The notes: generated by a model from the sequence alone, not told the origin. Positions 39,180 to 52,557 are shown, counted from the first letter of the stretch. The stretch: DNA of 64,000 nt from Octopus sinensis (GCF_006345805.1 NC_043009.1:3968001-4032000); one strand, 5' to 3'. Translations and numbers: made by a program.

Positions 39180-39557
39180 CTCCAATTTGTTTCAGTAATT
39201 GTACAGAGGCCATGTTTGTACACCGCTTTGAACGGTTTAGTCATACAAGTCGACTCCAGTACATAGGGCTAATCTTATAAGTCTGTTTTCCAAACTTCAT
39301 TAGTTAAAGGGATACGAGCAAACACCGGTGGTCAAGCAATGGGTGAGAACAGACAGAAACAGACAGACAGGCAGACACAGATATATATAGATTCATATTC
39401 GACATGCTTCATTCACTTTTCATTTGCCAAATCTATACACAAAGCATTGGTTGCCCCAGATTAGAGAAGACACTTGCTTTAGGTCCACGCAGTGGGACTG
39501 AACCCAGAGTCATGTAGTTAGGGCTAGGAAACAAACTTCTTACCACAAAGCCACGCC

Positions 39558-39558
<1 letters not shown>
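39180..39558 (-). mobile_element. SINE family 1, degenerate
   Basis: AGAAGACACTTGC...CACGCAGTGGGACTGAACCC...CTTACCACAAAGCCAC. Confidence 0.7.
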
Positions 39559-39600
<42 letters not shown>

Positions 39601-39950
39601 CAATGATATAGCTTATGACGAAACAATGGTATGCTTCGCTTTGTGACTTTAATCATCTCATAATAATGACTTTATGACTTTTATTACTACCTCAGTCCAT
39701 CTAAATGTATATATCTGTCGTTACCTTTCATAAAAAGCCTTTTCTTCTTTTATTTACAATGTGCATTTTCGTTGATTTTTTCTTATTTTCCCCTTACATT
39801 TCTACGTGTATTTTATATTTTCTTTTTGTAACATATTTCTACTATATATATATATTAATAGTATATTACGTTAGATTATAATATAAATAAATTATTGGAT
39901 TGTCAATTGTATCTGTATAATTTATTGTTTGTAATATATATTTTTTTTTT

Positions 39951-40250
39951 CTCTCTAGTTTCAGCTCAGAGCTGCGGCCATGCTGATGCACCGCCGTTTT
40001 GTGCTAGACTGTTATTGCGAAGAACCTCGTCTAATATGTGGCACTTGGTGAAGAATGGAGTTTGATATAGCTACTCTCATTTGCACCTCTAGCCGTGAGG
40101 TAGGTTCATCTGGGACTCTCGACAGGATGATGTCCAGCTTTGATTTAAAAACCGCTACATCTACTTTGTGCAAGTTCCTCAGACTCTTTGGGAGAATATT
40201 AAAAAGCTATGGGCCCTTGAAACCCAGGCTATATATGTAATTATACTAAT
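39951..40250 (-). pseudogene. CR1/L2-group LINE 3' end (ORF2 C-terminus, 3' UTR and tail)
   Basis: Minus frame SLGFKGP*LFNILPKSLRNLHKVDVAVFKSKLDIILSRVPDEPT...AISNSILHQ fits the CR1-group ending (GP.LFN.LP...FK..LD..L..VPD.P). It is followed by a short UTR with a stem-loop. Confidence 0.75.
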
Positions 40251-40408
40251 GTGTCTATGTGTTCTAATTTAACTAAATTATATGTCTTTGTGCTGCTGAA
40301 GATTGCTCTAAATTTTAAATTGATGTAATGATTGCATAGTTCAATTAAATGGAGTTGCATGAAACGATCGTACTGCATAACCTCTGGATATCCTTATTGC
40401 ATATTTTG

Positions 40409-40455
<47 letters not shown>

Positions 40456-40721
40456 ATATATATATACGAAGGAAGTTGAAAGTAAACTAGAAGTGTTTTA
40501 GATGGTTTATTTTTAATGCCTTAACTGGTTTCACAGATGTGAGATAGAAAGATATGGAGCGGTACAACAATTGTCTTGCTTCTGACTAGAGTTCGAAATT
40601 TTTTTCTTTTTATAGAGTGGACGTGGCAAAAATTCGTATTTATTACAGTGTGAACATCCTATAAGCCGTAAGAGTGACATGCACAGCTACAACAGAATTC
40701 ATCCTACATGTCTGAACAGAG

Positions 40722-41058
40722 CGTTGTTATCCTCATTCCGTAAACGGTGGCTTTTAACGGGTGGAGAGCTGAACCATCCTGGGGTACACAGGATTCGCAA
40801 CCTAGACTAGGGTCTGAAAGTTTTACCGCACCATAGTGGGTTACACTATGGTTCCTCCTCGGCAGAAGTATGAAGAAAGAATGAGAGAAAGTTGTGGTGA
40901 AAGAGTACAGCGGGGTTCACCCCCCCCCCCCCGCCGGACCTCGTGGAGCTTAGATGTTTTTGCTCAATAAACACTCACAATGCCCGGTCTGATAATCGAA
41001 ACCGCGTTCTTACGACCGCGAGTCTGCTGCCCTAACCACTGGGCCATTGCGCCTCCAC
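40722..41058 (-). mobile_element. SINE family 2, variant b (alternative 3' half)
   Basis: Family-2 head and body at 40870-41058, plus a 3' segment shared only with 43979-44120. Confidence 0.8.
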
Positions 41059-41359
41059 TGCTGCTGTTGTTTTTGTTACTGCTGCTGTTGATGATGATGA
41101 TTGTGTTAGTGTTGTTTTAGCCGTCGTATGTTAACACTGACAGACCAGAACTCAGATCTAGCGCGTCCCAGCCGTGACTATCCCATTTCGCTATGTATAT
41201 CAAGCACTACAACAGCCAATACGTTCTCCGTACCCTGTACATGGCAGCAAGATTTCATTTGAGTGATCTTAGTCTGCTACTTCTAGCAGGTTAAAAGACC
41301 ACGTAGAGGCTCATACTTGGGCTCTCTATGTCTCTGTTATTGTATGTTGCTAATGATGT

Positions 41360-41515
41360 TACTACAGCCTGCGTTCGCAAGATGCTGCTGCTGCTGCTCC
41401 TGCCACTTCAACTGCAGTTGCTACTGCTGTTGCAGTTGAAGATGTTGCAGTTGGTGCTGTCTTGATACTACTACTACTAGTACTACTACTACTACTACTA
41501 TTACTACAACTACTG

Positions 41516-41577
<62 letters not shown>

Positions 41578-41704
41578 GCTGCTACTGCTGCTGTTGTTCA
41601 TGATGATGATGATAATGATGATGATGATGATGATGATGATGCTACTACTACTACTATGGCTGCTGCTGATTGTGATGATGAAGATGATGGTGTTATTACT
41701 ACTA

Positions 41705-41740
<36 letters not shown>

Positions 41741-42356
41741 ATGATGATGATGATGATACTACTACTACTACTAAAATTGAAATTGCTGCTGATGATGATG
41801 CTGATGTTGTTACTGCTGCTCCTGTTCATGGAACTGCTGCCAACATTTGCTAAATACGTTGCTGCTGCTGATACTGCTGCTGCTGTTTTCGTTGCTGCAT
41901 TTTTGCTTTTGCAGTTTACTGTTTCCGCTGCTGCTGCTGCTGCTGCTAGTGATACAGCTGCATTCACTGCAAAGTGCATTATTGATAACGCTGCTGTTGC
42001 AGCTACTACTGCAGTTGGCAACACTGCAGCAGACACTGCTACTTGCACTCACGAAAATACTACTGCTTTATTTCTTCTTCTTCTTCTTCTTCTTCTTCTT
42101 CTCCGGCTCCTCCTCCACTTCTTCTTTTCTTCTCCGCATCCTCCCCTCTTTTACCTCCTCTTCTTCTTCTTCTTCTTCTTCTTCTTCTTCTTCTTCTTCT
42201 TCTTCTTCTTCTTCTTCTCCGCCTCCGCCTCCTCTTCTTTTCTTCTCCTCCCCACCTCTTTTACCTTTTCTTCTTCCTCTCGTCTTCTTCTTCTTCTACT
42301 TCTTTCTCTTCTGTTTCTTCTTCCTCTCATCTTCTTCTCCACTTCTTCTCCTCCTT

Positions 42357-42393
<37 letters not shown>

Positions 42394-42400
42394 GCTGCTG

Positions 42401-42440
<40 letters not shown>

Positions 42441-42843
42441 CACCACTAACAACATCAGCACTGTTAATACTACTGCTGCTGCTGTGTACTGTTGTTGTTG
42501 TTATTGTTGCTGTTTAGCTCTTGGTCAGCTCGTATCCAACAGAGCTATGACCAAAATACACTCTAGCCATGGCCATCTCGCTTTATTCTTCTTTTTACTC
42601 GTCATACAAAGAGTACCGAAGATCACATTTTCCTAAAGGTCCCATTTAATTTTTCAAATAATTATTTCGTTTTTGTCTTTATTTACAATAACTGAGGTTT
42701 TGAGGCAGTATGGCTACTATTTCAAGCATGCTTAGCACCCAAGCAGAAATTTCTAGTGGGCTCAAGGGGTTCCAAATGACGCTTATACTATTGGTGTTGC
42801 TCTCGGTGTTGTTGTTGTAGTAGTAGTAGTAGTAGTTGTCGTT

Positions 42844-42887
<44 letters not shown>

Positions 42888-42897
42888 CGTTGTAGTA

Positions 42898-42934
<37 letters not shown>

Positions 42935-43064
42935 TGTCGTTGTTATTGTTGTTGTTGTTGTTGTTGTTGTAGTAGTAGTAGTTGTTGTAGTAGTAGTAGT
43001 AGTTGTTGTTGTTGTTGTAGTAGTAGTTGTTGTTGTTGTTGTTGTAGTAGTAGTAGTAGTAGTT

Positions 43065-43099
<35 letters not shown>

Positions 43100-43840
43100 C
43101 GTTGTAGTAGTAGTAGTCGTTGTTTTTGATGATGATGATGATTCTGATGATGGCGCTGTTGATATAGCGGTTGTTATCGTTACAGTTGTTCCCGATGTTG
43201 TTTTTCTTTTTCGCTTTGCTGGTGGTGTGGTGGCGCTGTTCTTATTTTCGATGATTTTGCTTTCCCTGTGGTTCTTGTCACTGTTCTCCTGGCGTTGACA
43301 CCATACTGATGGTTAGTGTTGTCTAATGAGGGATTCTTGGCTGCTATCTCTAACTCGCGCGACCGCGTAAAAACACCCTCATTCCGTCGAGACATACCAG
43401 TTCTTTTGTCACTATTGCTGTTGTCTTCTTCTTCTTCTTCTTCTTCTTCTTCTTCTTCTTCTTCTTCTTCTTCTTCTTCTTCTTCTTCATCAACTTCTAC
43501 TTCTTCTTCTTCATCAACTTCTACTTCTTCTTCTTCTTCTTTTCTTTTCTTCTTCTTCGTCTTCTTATTCATCTTCTTCTTCTTCATCATCATCTCTCTT
43601 TTCTTTTCTCTTCTTCTTCTCTTCTTCATCATCTTCTTCTTCTTCTCATCATCTTCTACTTCTTCTACCTTCTTTTCTTCGTCTTCTTCTTCTTCTTCTT
43701 CTTTTCGTCTCATCATCTTCTTCTTCTTCTTCATCATCATCTTCTTCTCTCTTTTCATCATCTTCTTTCACTTCTTCCTTCTTCTCTCGCTTCACATCTT
43801 CTTCTTCTTCTTCTTCTTCTTCTTCTTCTTCTTCTTCTTC
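41360..43840. repeat. Compound trinucleotide arrays (CTG/CTA/GAT/TTC/TAG/TTG) with short unique inserts
   Basis: Seen directly. Accounts for the poly-L, poly-S and poly-E/K ORFs. Confidence 0.9.
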
Positions 43841-43844
43841 AATC

Positions 43845-44319
43845 AGGACGCACACCATTAGCCACAAAGAATAATCTCTAATTCGAGCCTACTCTAAGCT
43901 ACTTAGAACGCGTGTGGCAACTTGAAGATCCACCCACCACGCGCGATAGACTGGCGGTTGCAAGGGCGCGAAAGCTACGTTGTTATCCTCATTCCGTAAA
44001 CGGTGGCTTTTAACGGGTGGAGAGCTGAACCATCATGGGGTACAGAGGACTCGCAATCTAGCCTAGGGTCCGAAAGTTTACCACACTATAGTGGGTTACA
44101 CCATGGTTCCTCTGCTTTGTGGCAGAAGTATGAAGAAAGAATGAGAGAAAGTTGTGGTGAAAGTGTACAGCGGGGTTCACCACCCTCCCCCACCGAAGCC
44201 TGGTGGAGCTTAGGTGTTTTTCCTCAATAAACACTCACAATGCCCGGTCTGGGAATCGAAACCGCCTTCTTACAACCGCGAGTCCGCAGCCCTAGCCACT
44301 GTACCGTTGCGCCTCCACA
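43845..44319 (-). mobile_element. SINE family 2, variant b, apparently complete and ending in (GAA)n
   Basis: Homologous to 40722-41058 over 43979-44319. The minus strand ends CTGATTGAAGAAGAAG. Confidence 0.75.
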
Positions 44320-45044
44320 TTGTTGTTGTTGTAGTTGTTTTTGTTGTTGTTGTTCGTGGTGGTGGTGGTGGTGGTGGTGGTGTACATGGTGACTGCTGCT
44401 AATGTTGGTTCCGCTCAATGCGTTGCCCTCACTGTTCCTTTGATAGGTTTCATACGGTCCGGGTCTCAGGCCAACCCTATTCAATAAGGACTATCATCAA
44501 AGTCATTCCCAACCGTACACTAGAGCTACATTAGCTACATTATCTAGTGTCCTTGTAAAATGGAGGGGCTTAATAGGAGATAGATTTGGCTGCTATTTCT
44601 AGCACGTCCAGGAAACAATATAATACCTTCCTAAATGACACTTCAGTACTTAAGTCGATTCAATAGATTAGGACAGCTGACACCGCTCCCTCGCATTGTC
44701 CTCATTTTCTAGGACAAAAGCAATGTTTTCTACTTTCCCTAACCACCAAGATGCCTGGCTGCAGTTAAAGCGGGATATGAGAAATTTTAATCACAGACGT
44801 CTTTTTTGAGGAACTGTGTAGATGCGAATCCAAAGCCACAGTTTTCAGAAATGGAACATTTAAAATAGTAATACTGCCCTCAAATACTCTCTCTCTCTCT
44901 TTCTCTCTCTACCTATCTCTCTCTCTCCCCAAAATATTGTGTTTTATCTGAAGCCATTAAATAAAAGAAATCCTTTCTTTCTTATCAAAATATTTTACAT
45001 TTGTTTACGCGCTTCTCGTTTGTTCTTGGGTGTTTTTCTCGTTG

Positions 45045-45048
45045 CAGC

Positions 45049-45079
<31 letters not shown>

Positions 45080-45480
45080 GGTGGTGGTGGTGGTTGGTGG
45101 TGGTGGTGGTGATAATGATGGTGATGGTGATGATGACGATATGATGATGATGGTGGTGGTGGTGGTGGTGGTGGTGGTGGTGGTGATGATAATGACGATG
45201 ATGATGATGATGATGACAGTGATGATAAGGAAGAGGATATATTAGTGATAAGGATGATGATAATGGAGATAAGGAGGAAGAGAATGAAGACAATGATGTA
45301 AACAATGACAAGGATTACGATGATGATGATGATGATAAGAATGATCATGACGACAACGACGACAACGACGACAAAGAGGAGAGCAAATATAATGAGGAGG
45401 AGTACGAGGAGAGGGATTACGATGATAACGACAATGGCGGGGATGATAACGATTAACGATGACAACTTCAACGACTATGA
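45045..45480. repeat. (GAT)/(GGT)/(GAC) degenerate array
   Basis: Seen directly. Confidence 0.9.
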
Positions 45481-45489
45481 CGTGGATGA

Positions 45490-45830
45490 AACTTGTTGCT
45501 GCAATTCTCGTCCTTAATTTTCGAAATGATTGCTTAGTCAGCTGTATCAAGTTCAACCACCGAAATATTCCTTCTGGAAAGAGCAATGGCTCCATTTAAT
45601 AACCCTCATTTTTGTAATGTTTACAAATTGTCAAGAAAAAGACTGTTCATGCTGCAGCCCCGTTTCCCTTTACAAACATAAAAGAATTTCAGTTGTAGGA
45701 AGAAGTTTCGTCAGCCGGAATTGTAAAAGTACACTGATCGATTCTGTTGAAGCTGTTTGGACCCTTTTTTGACAGTGATCCAGCATGACTGCAGCTTTCG
45801 GACTGAAACGAGTAAAAGAACAACAACTCT
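45490..45830 (+). pseudogene. Decayed CR1-like LINE 3' end with the family-1-type tail
   Basis: Ends CAGTGATCCAGCATGACTGCAGCTTTCGGACTGAAACGAGTAAAAG. The upstream sequence weakly resembles EEVVSA...K..IDSV....W.LF. Confidence 0.4.
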
Positions 45831-45934
45831 GAAAAGACAGAGTCTTTCGTACCACCACTTAATAACAACATATTTTCCTTGGAAATATAAAGGTTTCCTT
45901 TAATGAAATCGATATAAAATCTTTGGAAATAGAC

Positions 45935-46200
45935 GCAGGGATGGCTGTGCTGTTAAGAGGCTCGTTTTCCAAGCACGTGGTTTTGAGTTCAGTCCCGCTA
46001 TGTGACACCTTAGATAAGTGTCTTCTAATATAGCTGCGAGCCAACCAAAGCCTTGTGAGTGGATTTGGCAGACGGAAACTGAAAGAAGCTTAGGCAGAAG
46101 GGAGAAGCGCGTTTTTGTCCCCCACCCTCACCGCTTAACGTTGGTGTTTGTTTGATTAATGTGCTTCTCACTTCCCACCATAACTTAACGTTTCAGCGAA
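45935..46200 (+). mobile_element. SINE family 1, partial
   Basis: GCAGGGATGGCTGTGC...GACACCTTAGATAAGTGTCTTC...GACGGAAACTGAAAGAAGC. Confidence 0.75.
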
Positions 46201-46274
46201 AGAAACCAGCAGAAGAATTTCCAGACTTAAAACAGGAACTTGGAAACATTTGTTCAACAAAACCCTTCAATGCG

Positions 46275-46440
46275 CATAGGCGCAGGAGTGGCTGTGTGGT
46301 AAGTAGCATTCTTACCAACCACATGGTTCCAGGTTCAGTCCCATTGCGTGGCACCTTGGGCAAGTGTCTTCTACTATAGCCTCGGGCCGACCAAAGCCTT
46401 GTGAGTGGATTTGGAAGACGGAAACTGAAAGAAGCCCGTC

Positions 46441-46508
<68 letters not shown>

Positions 46509-46730
46509 GTGTTTGTGTGGGTTTATATGTTTTTGTTTGTCCCCCAACATCACTTTACAACCGATGCTGGTGTGTTTACGTCCTCGTAACTTAGCGGTTC
46601 GGCAAAAGAGACCGATAGAATAAGTACTAGGCTTACAAAGAATAAGCCCTGGGGTCGATTTGTTCGACTAAAGGCGGTGCTCCAGCATGGCTACAGTCAA
46701 ATGACTGAGACAAGTAAAAGAGTAAAAGAG
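46275..46730 (+). mobile_element. SINE family 1, full length
   Basis: Close match to the reference copy. An extra tail fragment follows at about 46735-46800. Confidence 0.9.
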
Positions 46731-47234
46731 TAAATGCGGTGCCCCAGCATGGCCACAGTAAAACCAATCAATTACAGAAACAAGTAAAAATTAAAAGATA
46801 AAGGAATAGAAAAAAGACTAGTAAAAAAATAACAAACACCCTGCTGAAACAGGTCGGTAAATCAAAAATGTTTCTTCATAAACGGAAGATCAAAAGTATA
46901 TCTGACAAGACTTGTGGCTGTTGGTTGTGAAAAGACAAAATACGACACTGAAGCAAAATGAATCAGTGTAATTGAAGAAACTAATGAAGTTATTGATTCA
47001 GGATGAACTCTGCAATGTTGATCTATATATATATATATATACGCTACAACATCGTGTAGGATGCGTGAACTAGAAAAATAGATGTAATTAAACACGAGAA
47101 CGATATAATAAATCAGTACTAATTTAATATTTAATAGGGTTCTTTCATTAAGAATGGTGTTAGCTGAATCATAATATTGCAATAAACATTTTCACTGAAA
47201 CTCTATATGTATATATATGTACAGACACACACAC

Positions 47235-47288
<54 letters not shown>

Positions 47289-47462
47289 GCACGCACACAC
47301 ACATAGATATATAAACATTATATGCATCATGCATGCAAATACATATCTTTAAGCCCACATAGATACATACATATATATATATACATACAAACATATACAT
47401 ACATATATATACATATACATTACATATATATATTATAATATTATAACTATACGTATACCTAC

Positions 47463-47496
<34 letters not shown>

Positions 47497-47553
47497 CATA
47501 CATACATACATAATACATAACATATACACATATATATAAATATTATACATAAA

Positions 47554-47595
<42 letters not shown>

Positions 47596-48154
47596 TATAT
47601 ATATGTATACACGTGTGAAATTTGGCTGGTGAGTGCCTCTGCTGCCATGTGCAAATTGTCTTTAGTTTCAGAGGCAAGAGAATTAAGGCTTGCGTATACA
47701 TATAATTATTTATAGTCGCAAGCGTCAGTGAAATTTTAGTAAGAATTTCATGAAAAAAAAAAACATTGCTTCTCTCTATTTGTTCTATTTTTATATACAT
47801 TAGAGTGGAAAGTTATTAGTCTTGAAGATATTTATTCCAATATTACTTGGTATTTTTATGGGTTTCTTTTTTAGTGTCGAAGCGTTATATGTGACTGTGT
47901 TGTTGTCCGTTAATTTCTGGTGTCATTTTGTTACTATGAGCAGTTTTTAATGGCCCGATTCGCATTAGTTTATCTATGCATCACTTTGGTTATTTGATTT
48001 TCCTTCGTATTTGATATAGTTCAGCGTGTGTTCCATTCCTGATGTCCTGTATTTCTACCAGAAGCTTTGTAGCATTGTACACTGCAATGTCCTTGACCCC
48101 CATACATTACTTTAAAATTATGTGTTTGTGTTGTAATTATATATATATGTATAT

Positions 48155-48217
<63 letters not shown>

Positions 48218-48443
48218 TTATAATCCGAGGGATGGCAATGTGAGCAGGCAACTAAAGGAACATTACAAAATCCACAGAAAGATCAAACACATACATATAT
48301 TCATAATTCATTTATATCTACAGAACAGAATAAAGTCAGACGTTAGAAATATAGTAATATATAAATATATATACATCATATAAAAATATATAAATATATA
48401 AGAATCAATGTAGCGATCTCAAGATATAACTTTGCATTTTGTA

Positions 48444-48505
<62 letters not shown>

Positions 48506-48667
48506 TTCTCTTCAAAAAAAATATATATATTTCTTTACGTTCACTATTTTCTTCTCGTTCTGGTCTAACAACCCTCCATGTTTGTTTTCGTTCAGTTTCC
48601 GTGTATGTATGTATTATTTATTATTTAACTGTACGTAACGCATCCATTTCCAAGTATATATATATTC

Positions 48668-48870
48668 TTTTCTTTTATTAGTTTCAGTCATTTGACTGTA
48701 GCCATGCTGGAGCAGCGCCTTTAGTCGAGCAAATCAGCCCCAGGCTTATTCTTTGTAAGCCTGATACTTATTCTATCGGCCCCTATAGCCGAACCACTAA
48801 GTGGAGGGGACGTAAACACACCAGCATTCGGTTGTCAAACGATGTTGAGGGGATAAACTCAGACACAAAA

Positions 48871-48926
<56 letters not shown>

Positions 48927-49026
48927 CGGGCTTCTTTCAGTTTCCGTCCACCAAATCCACTCACAAGGATTTAGTCGTCCCGAGGCTATAGAAGACACTT
49001 GCCCAAGGTGCCACGCGGTGGGACTG

Positions 49027-49030
<4 letters not shown>
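48668..49030 (-). mobile_element. SINE family 1, head cut off at a (TA)n tract
   Basis: Tail, internal (TA)n and part of the head match the reference. Confidence 0.85.
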
Positions 49031-49100
<70 letters not shown>

Positions 49101-49350
49101 AGCTTTAACTTTATGTCCATGATATACTACGATCCCAAGACAGTACTTAGTTAGCCCATGTAAGAATTTCAGGCCACGGCTTCCTGTTACTGCAATATGC
49201 CTTACAAGCACGGGGCGTTCCTTCTTCGATAGGATACAACTTGGCGTTGACTTTAACTGTATCAACGGTAAGACAAATTTGCTATAGCACATCAGCAAAT
49301 ATATCAAGGACTCTGTCATGACGTCAGACTTATTCTTTAAGGAAAGATTA

Positions 49351-49565
49351 AAGATGGGGTGCAGAAAAGGTCCTGTCTTGGGTGAAAGAAAATAGAGAAG
49401 GATCAATTTATTATGAGTTTATTCAACATATTCCCATCAGAGTCACACACTTATTGCAGCGATCCTTCAGTTTTTCTAAGCTCCGTAAAAGACCTTGGAA
49501 GGTTGAGCCTCTAACCAGGACTTTCACGATACTCTTGAAGCCAGGAACTTTTCACCACACCCTCG
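49351..49565. mobile_element. Mariner-derived MITE
   Basis: Imperfect terminal inverted repeats GATGGGGTGCAGAAAAGGTCCTG / CCAGGAACTTTTCACCACACCCTCG-TA. The minus strand retains KLKDRCNKCV..GXYVE*, like the mariner transposase C-terminus. Confidence 0.7.
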
Positions 49566-50270
49566 TACATTCTAACAGAACGTCCTCCAGCAATGAATCT
49601 TTTCTGCACTAGTCACAATCAGCAGCGTCTTTCCAGCACTGTTGTTGTCTAATATTAACCAGCACTCCGTACTTAATTCTCACAAAGTGTCTCAACTCTT
49701 CTGGCTCAGTTTACCCCTAGATCAATACTCCATCAAAGCGTACTTTGTTCAATGTTTCCCATGATATCCATACCTACTGGTTTCTTTATATCAAAAGGAG
49801 GATTGCAAATAGATTTCAGCAGCGATTGATCGTATAATCATCTGTCTCCTGTATGTTTCCAGCTCTCTACATTTTTTCAAGTCCTTTAAGGCATCCATTA
49901 GCGTCACTTCTACACATGCCTTGTGTTAATGCTGTCTCATATATGTAAGGCCTTTATTGTGTATGTATATTTATACTTGGACCAAATACTTCTGTCGTTT
50001 TTTAGTTTGTTTCCGTAACCGTCTTTTACGTTCCTTCATTTATTCTCAGCAAATTTTTACACTTGACACCTCCAAAGCGAACAATATCTTTAAAGGTGTG
50101 AAATTGTTCTAATTTTTGGACGATATCTGATGAGGAAAGATCCTTTCAAGTTTTGTATTTGAATTCTCCGTGTGTTCCTTTGTCCTTTTGTGCAATTTTT
50201 GAACTGTGTGTCTACATATACATGTATGTGTGTGTGTGTGTAGAGTAATGTGCATTTATGTATGTATATA

Positions 50271-50327
<57 letters not shown>

Positions 50328-50330
<3 letters not shown>

Positions 50331-51204
50331 GTGGTCTGATCAATAAGTATCCAGATTGTTGCCATAGTAACAAAACAAAAGTACGCAGAGTGAAGCCGTT
50401 TGACACAGATTGACCTTCAACTCTGCTGTGCATGCGCAACAAGTTTTGACGTTCTACCTCACTTACGCTCCTTACAGCAGTGTTTAGAATGAACGTGTAT
50501 AGTGAATGATCGTCGCATTGACCATGACAGAAAGTTGAGCCGAGAATCTGCATTAAATTTTACCAAAAGCTTGGTTGTACCTGCTCAGAGGCCTACGCTA
50601 AGTTTTCAAAAGCTTTCTATCGTTCTCGACACAATCAAGGATATATTATGTAACTGAAACCCGAGTGTCTTTTTGGTCAGCTGAAAGCAGTTTTGGCAGA
50701 AACTAGGCAGACACGCGTCTCATACCCAAATCTTCAGTGATAATGGACTGAACTGAACCGTAACTAATCTGAACTTCCTCTGATATCTTACGTATGGTGA
50801 TTCAATGATTTTCCCCCTCACAGCTGCTCACACATCTGCGATGTTTTTCTCAGCTGTGTTGATTGCGGGTCTCCCAGAACGGTCGTAAATATTGAGATTT
50901 TCGGCCATTTTGGAAACGTCTGAACAACTCGATCACTTGTGTGCGGTCATGCACTCTACCCCATACAATTTCTGCAACTTTGCGTAGGCCTCTGAGCACG
51001 TATCTCTGAGCAGCCATGACAACTTTCTCTGTGATGGTCAATGCGATGACCTCACGCTACACACCTTCCTTCCAAGCTCTGCTCTAAACAGCAGAGGTGA
51101 GCTAGAACGTTAAAACTTCGTGCGCATGCACAGTAAAGTTCAAGATCAATCTGTGCCAAGCGGCTTCACTCTGTGTACTTTGGTTTCGTTACTATGGCAA
51201 CAGT
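50328..51204. mobile_element. Non-autonomous mariner made of two inverted 5' ends
   Basis: A plus-strand 5' end (50328-50604, EQRICIKF..KLG-like start) joined to a minus-strand 5' part (51204 to about 50600) encoding a decayed N-terminal HTH region (AYAKLQK.YG...RTQV..LFRRFQNGR...ITIRKISEEVQISYGSVQSIITEDLGMRRVSA.FLPKLL). Confidence 0.8.
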
Positions 51205-51230
51205 ATATTTATATATACATATATATTTGT

Positions 51231-51268
<38 letters not shown>

Positions 51269-51889
51269 TGTGTGTGTGTGTAGCAAACTCGTATGGTCGG
51301 ATAGAAAGCTTGGCAGTGTACTCTCCAGCTTTCCAAGAACTGAGATTGAATCGCTTCAAGATCCGATATGTCTTTCAAAATTTCGATATTCGTAAAACAT
51401 GTCATAGTATTGGTTACGTTCCTTCCATTCCAGCATTTCTATCTTACTCTCTTTGTCTCTCTCTTTTTCTCTCGCCCTCTTTCTCTCACTCTCTCTTCCT
51501 CTTTCTTGTTCTCGTTCTTGTTCTCTTTCTCTTGCTCTCCTTTCCACAATTCTCACTTTGGATATGACTAGACCTGAAGATCACTGAGTTCCACCAGTTT
51601 AAAATTTCCGAGTGGGGGGGGGGCATGTGGCATCAATAGAGAAACCAGTGTGACAAGCAGTCCATTATGGGCGGCGCATTTATATGCTTGCTATATAGAC
51701 TTGTATAGGTCAAGTGGCAGAAGAGGGAGCAAAGACAAGGACTTCTCCAGGGGGTGGGCACATACATTAACTAAGCTATTGTATGACAGAACGGCGGCCC
51801 CTGTACATCCATCGGGAGATGAAGGGTCAAAGTATGATAAAATAATACATACACCTTACCTGTCATCTTTGCAGTTAGGTCGGTAAACG

Positions 51890-52071
51890 GATAGATAAAG
51901 ATATATATATAGAGAGAGAGAGAGATAGATAGATAGATAGATAGAGGCCGACAGACAGACAGACGGATGGATGGATGGATGGATGGATGGATAGATGGAT
52001 AGATAGATAGGTATACAGATAGCTAGATAGATAGATGATAGATGGATGTATAGATAGGTAGATAGATAGGC

Positions 52072-52150
<79 letters not shown>

Positions 52151-52155
52151 TGGAG

Positions 52156-52189
<34 letters not shown>

Positions 52190-52265
52190 GAGATGGAGAG
52201 ATAGATAGAGAGATAGATAGACAGAGAGAGTGAGATAGACAGCGAGAGTGAGGCAGACAGGGAGA
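51890..52265. repeat. (GATA)/(GGAT)/(GA)n array
   Basis: Seen directly. Confidence 0.95.
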
Positions 52266-52557
52266 GAGAGATAACGCAAATAAGAGGTACACACTCACGC
52301 GTACTCAGCGGCACACAAACACAACACACGCACAATTGCTATCGAACCAGTGATGTAATATTGCATGTAGACGAACACACAGACACACAAAAACATACCC
52401 ATACATAATCACACACAAACACCCTGCCACTTGCAAGTGAACGTGTTAGCATGCACGCTGTTACATCATCGGATAATTGGCCGCTGTATTACACTCACTC
52501 AAACACACACGCATATATATATCTGTGTGATTAGATAGATAGATAGATAGATAGATA

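Noticed and set aside
41362-43867. Poly-Ser, poly-Leu and Glu/Lys-rich ORFs (for example 43180-43761 with a unique C-terminal part)
   Set aside because: Mostly trinucleotide repeats. Part of the unique section matches a dispersed repeat fragment, and there is no splice or homology support.
50328-51204. Functional mariner transposase
   Set aside because: Only the N-terminal region is present, with stops and frameshifts and no DD34D domain.
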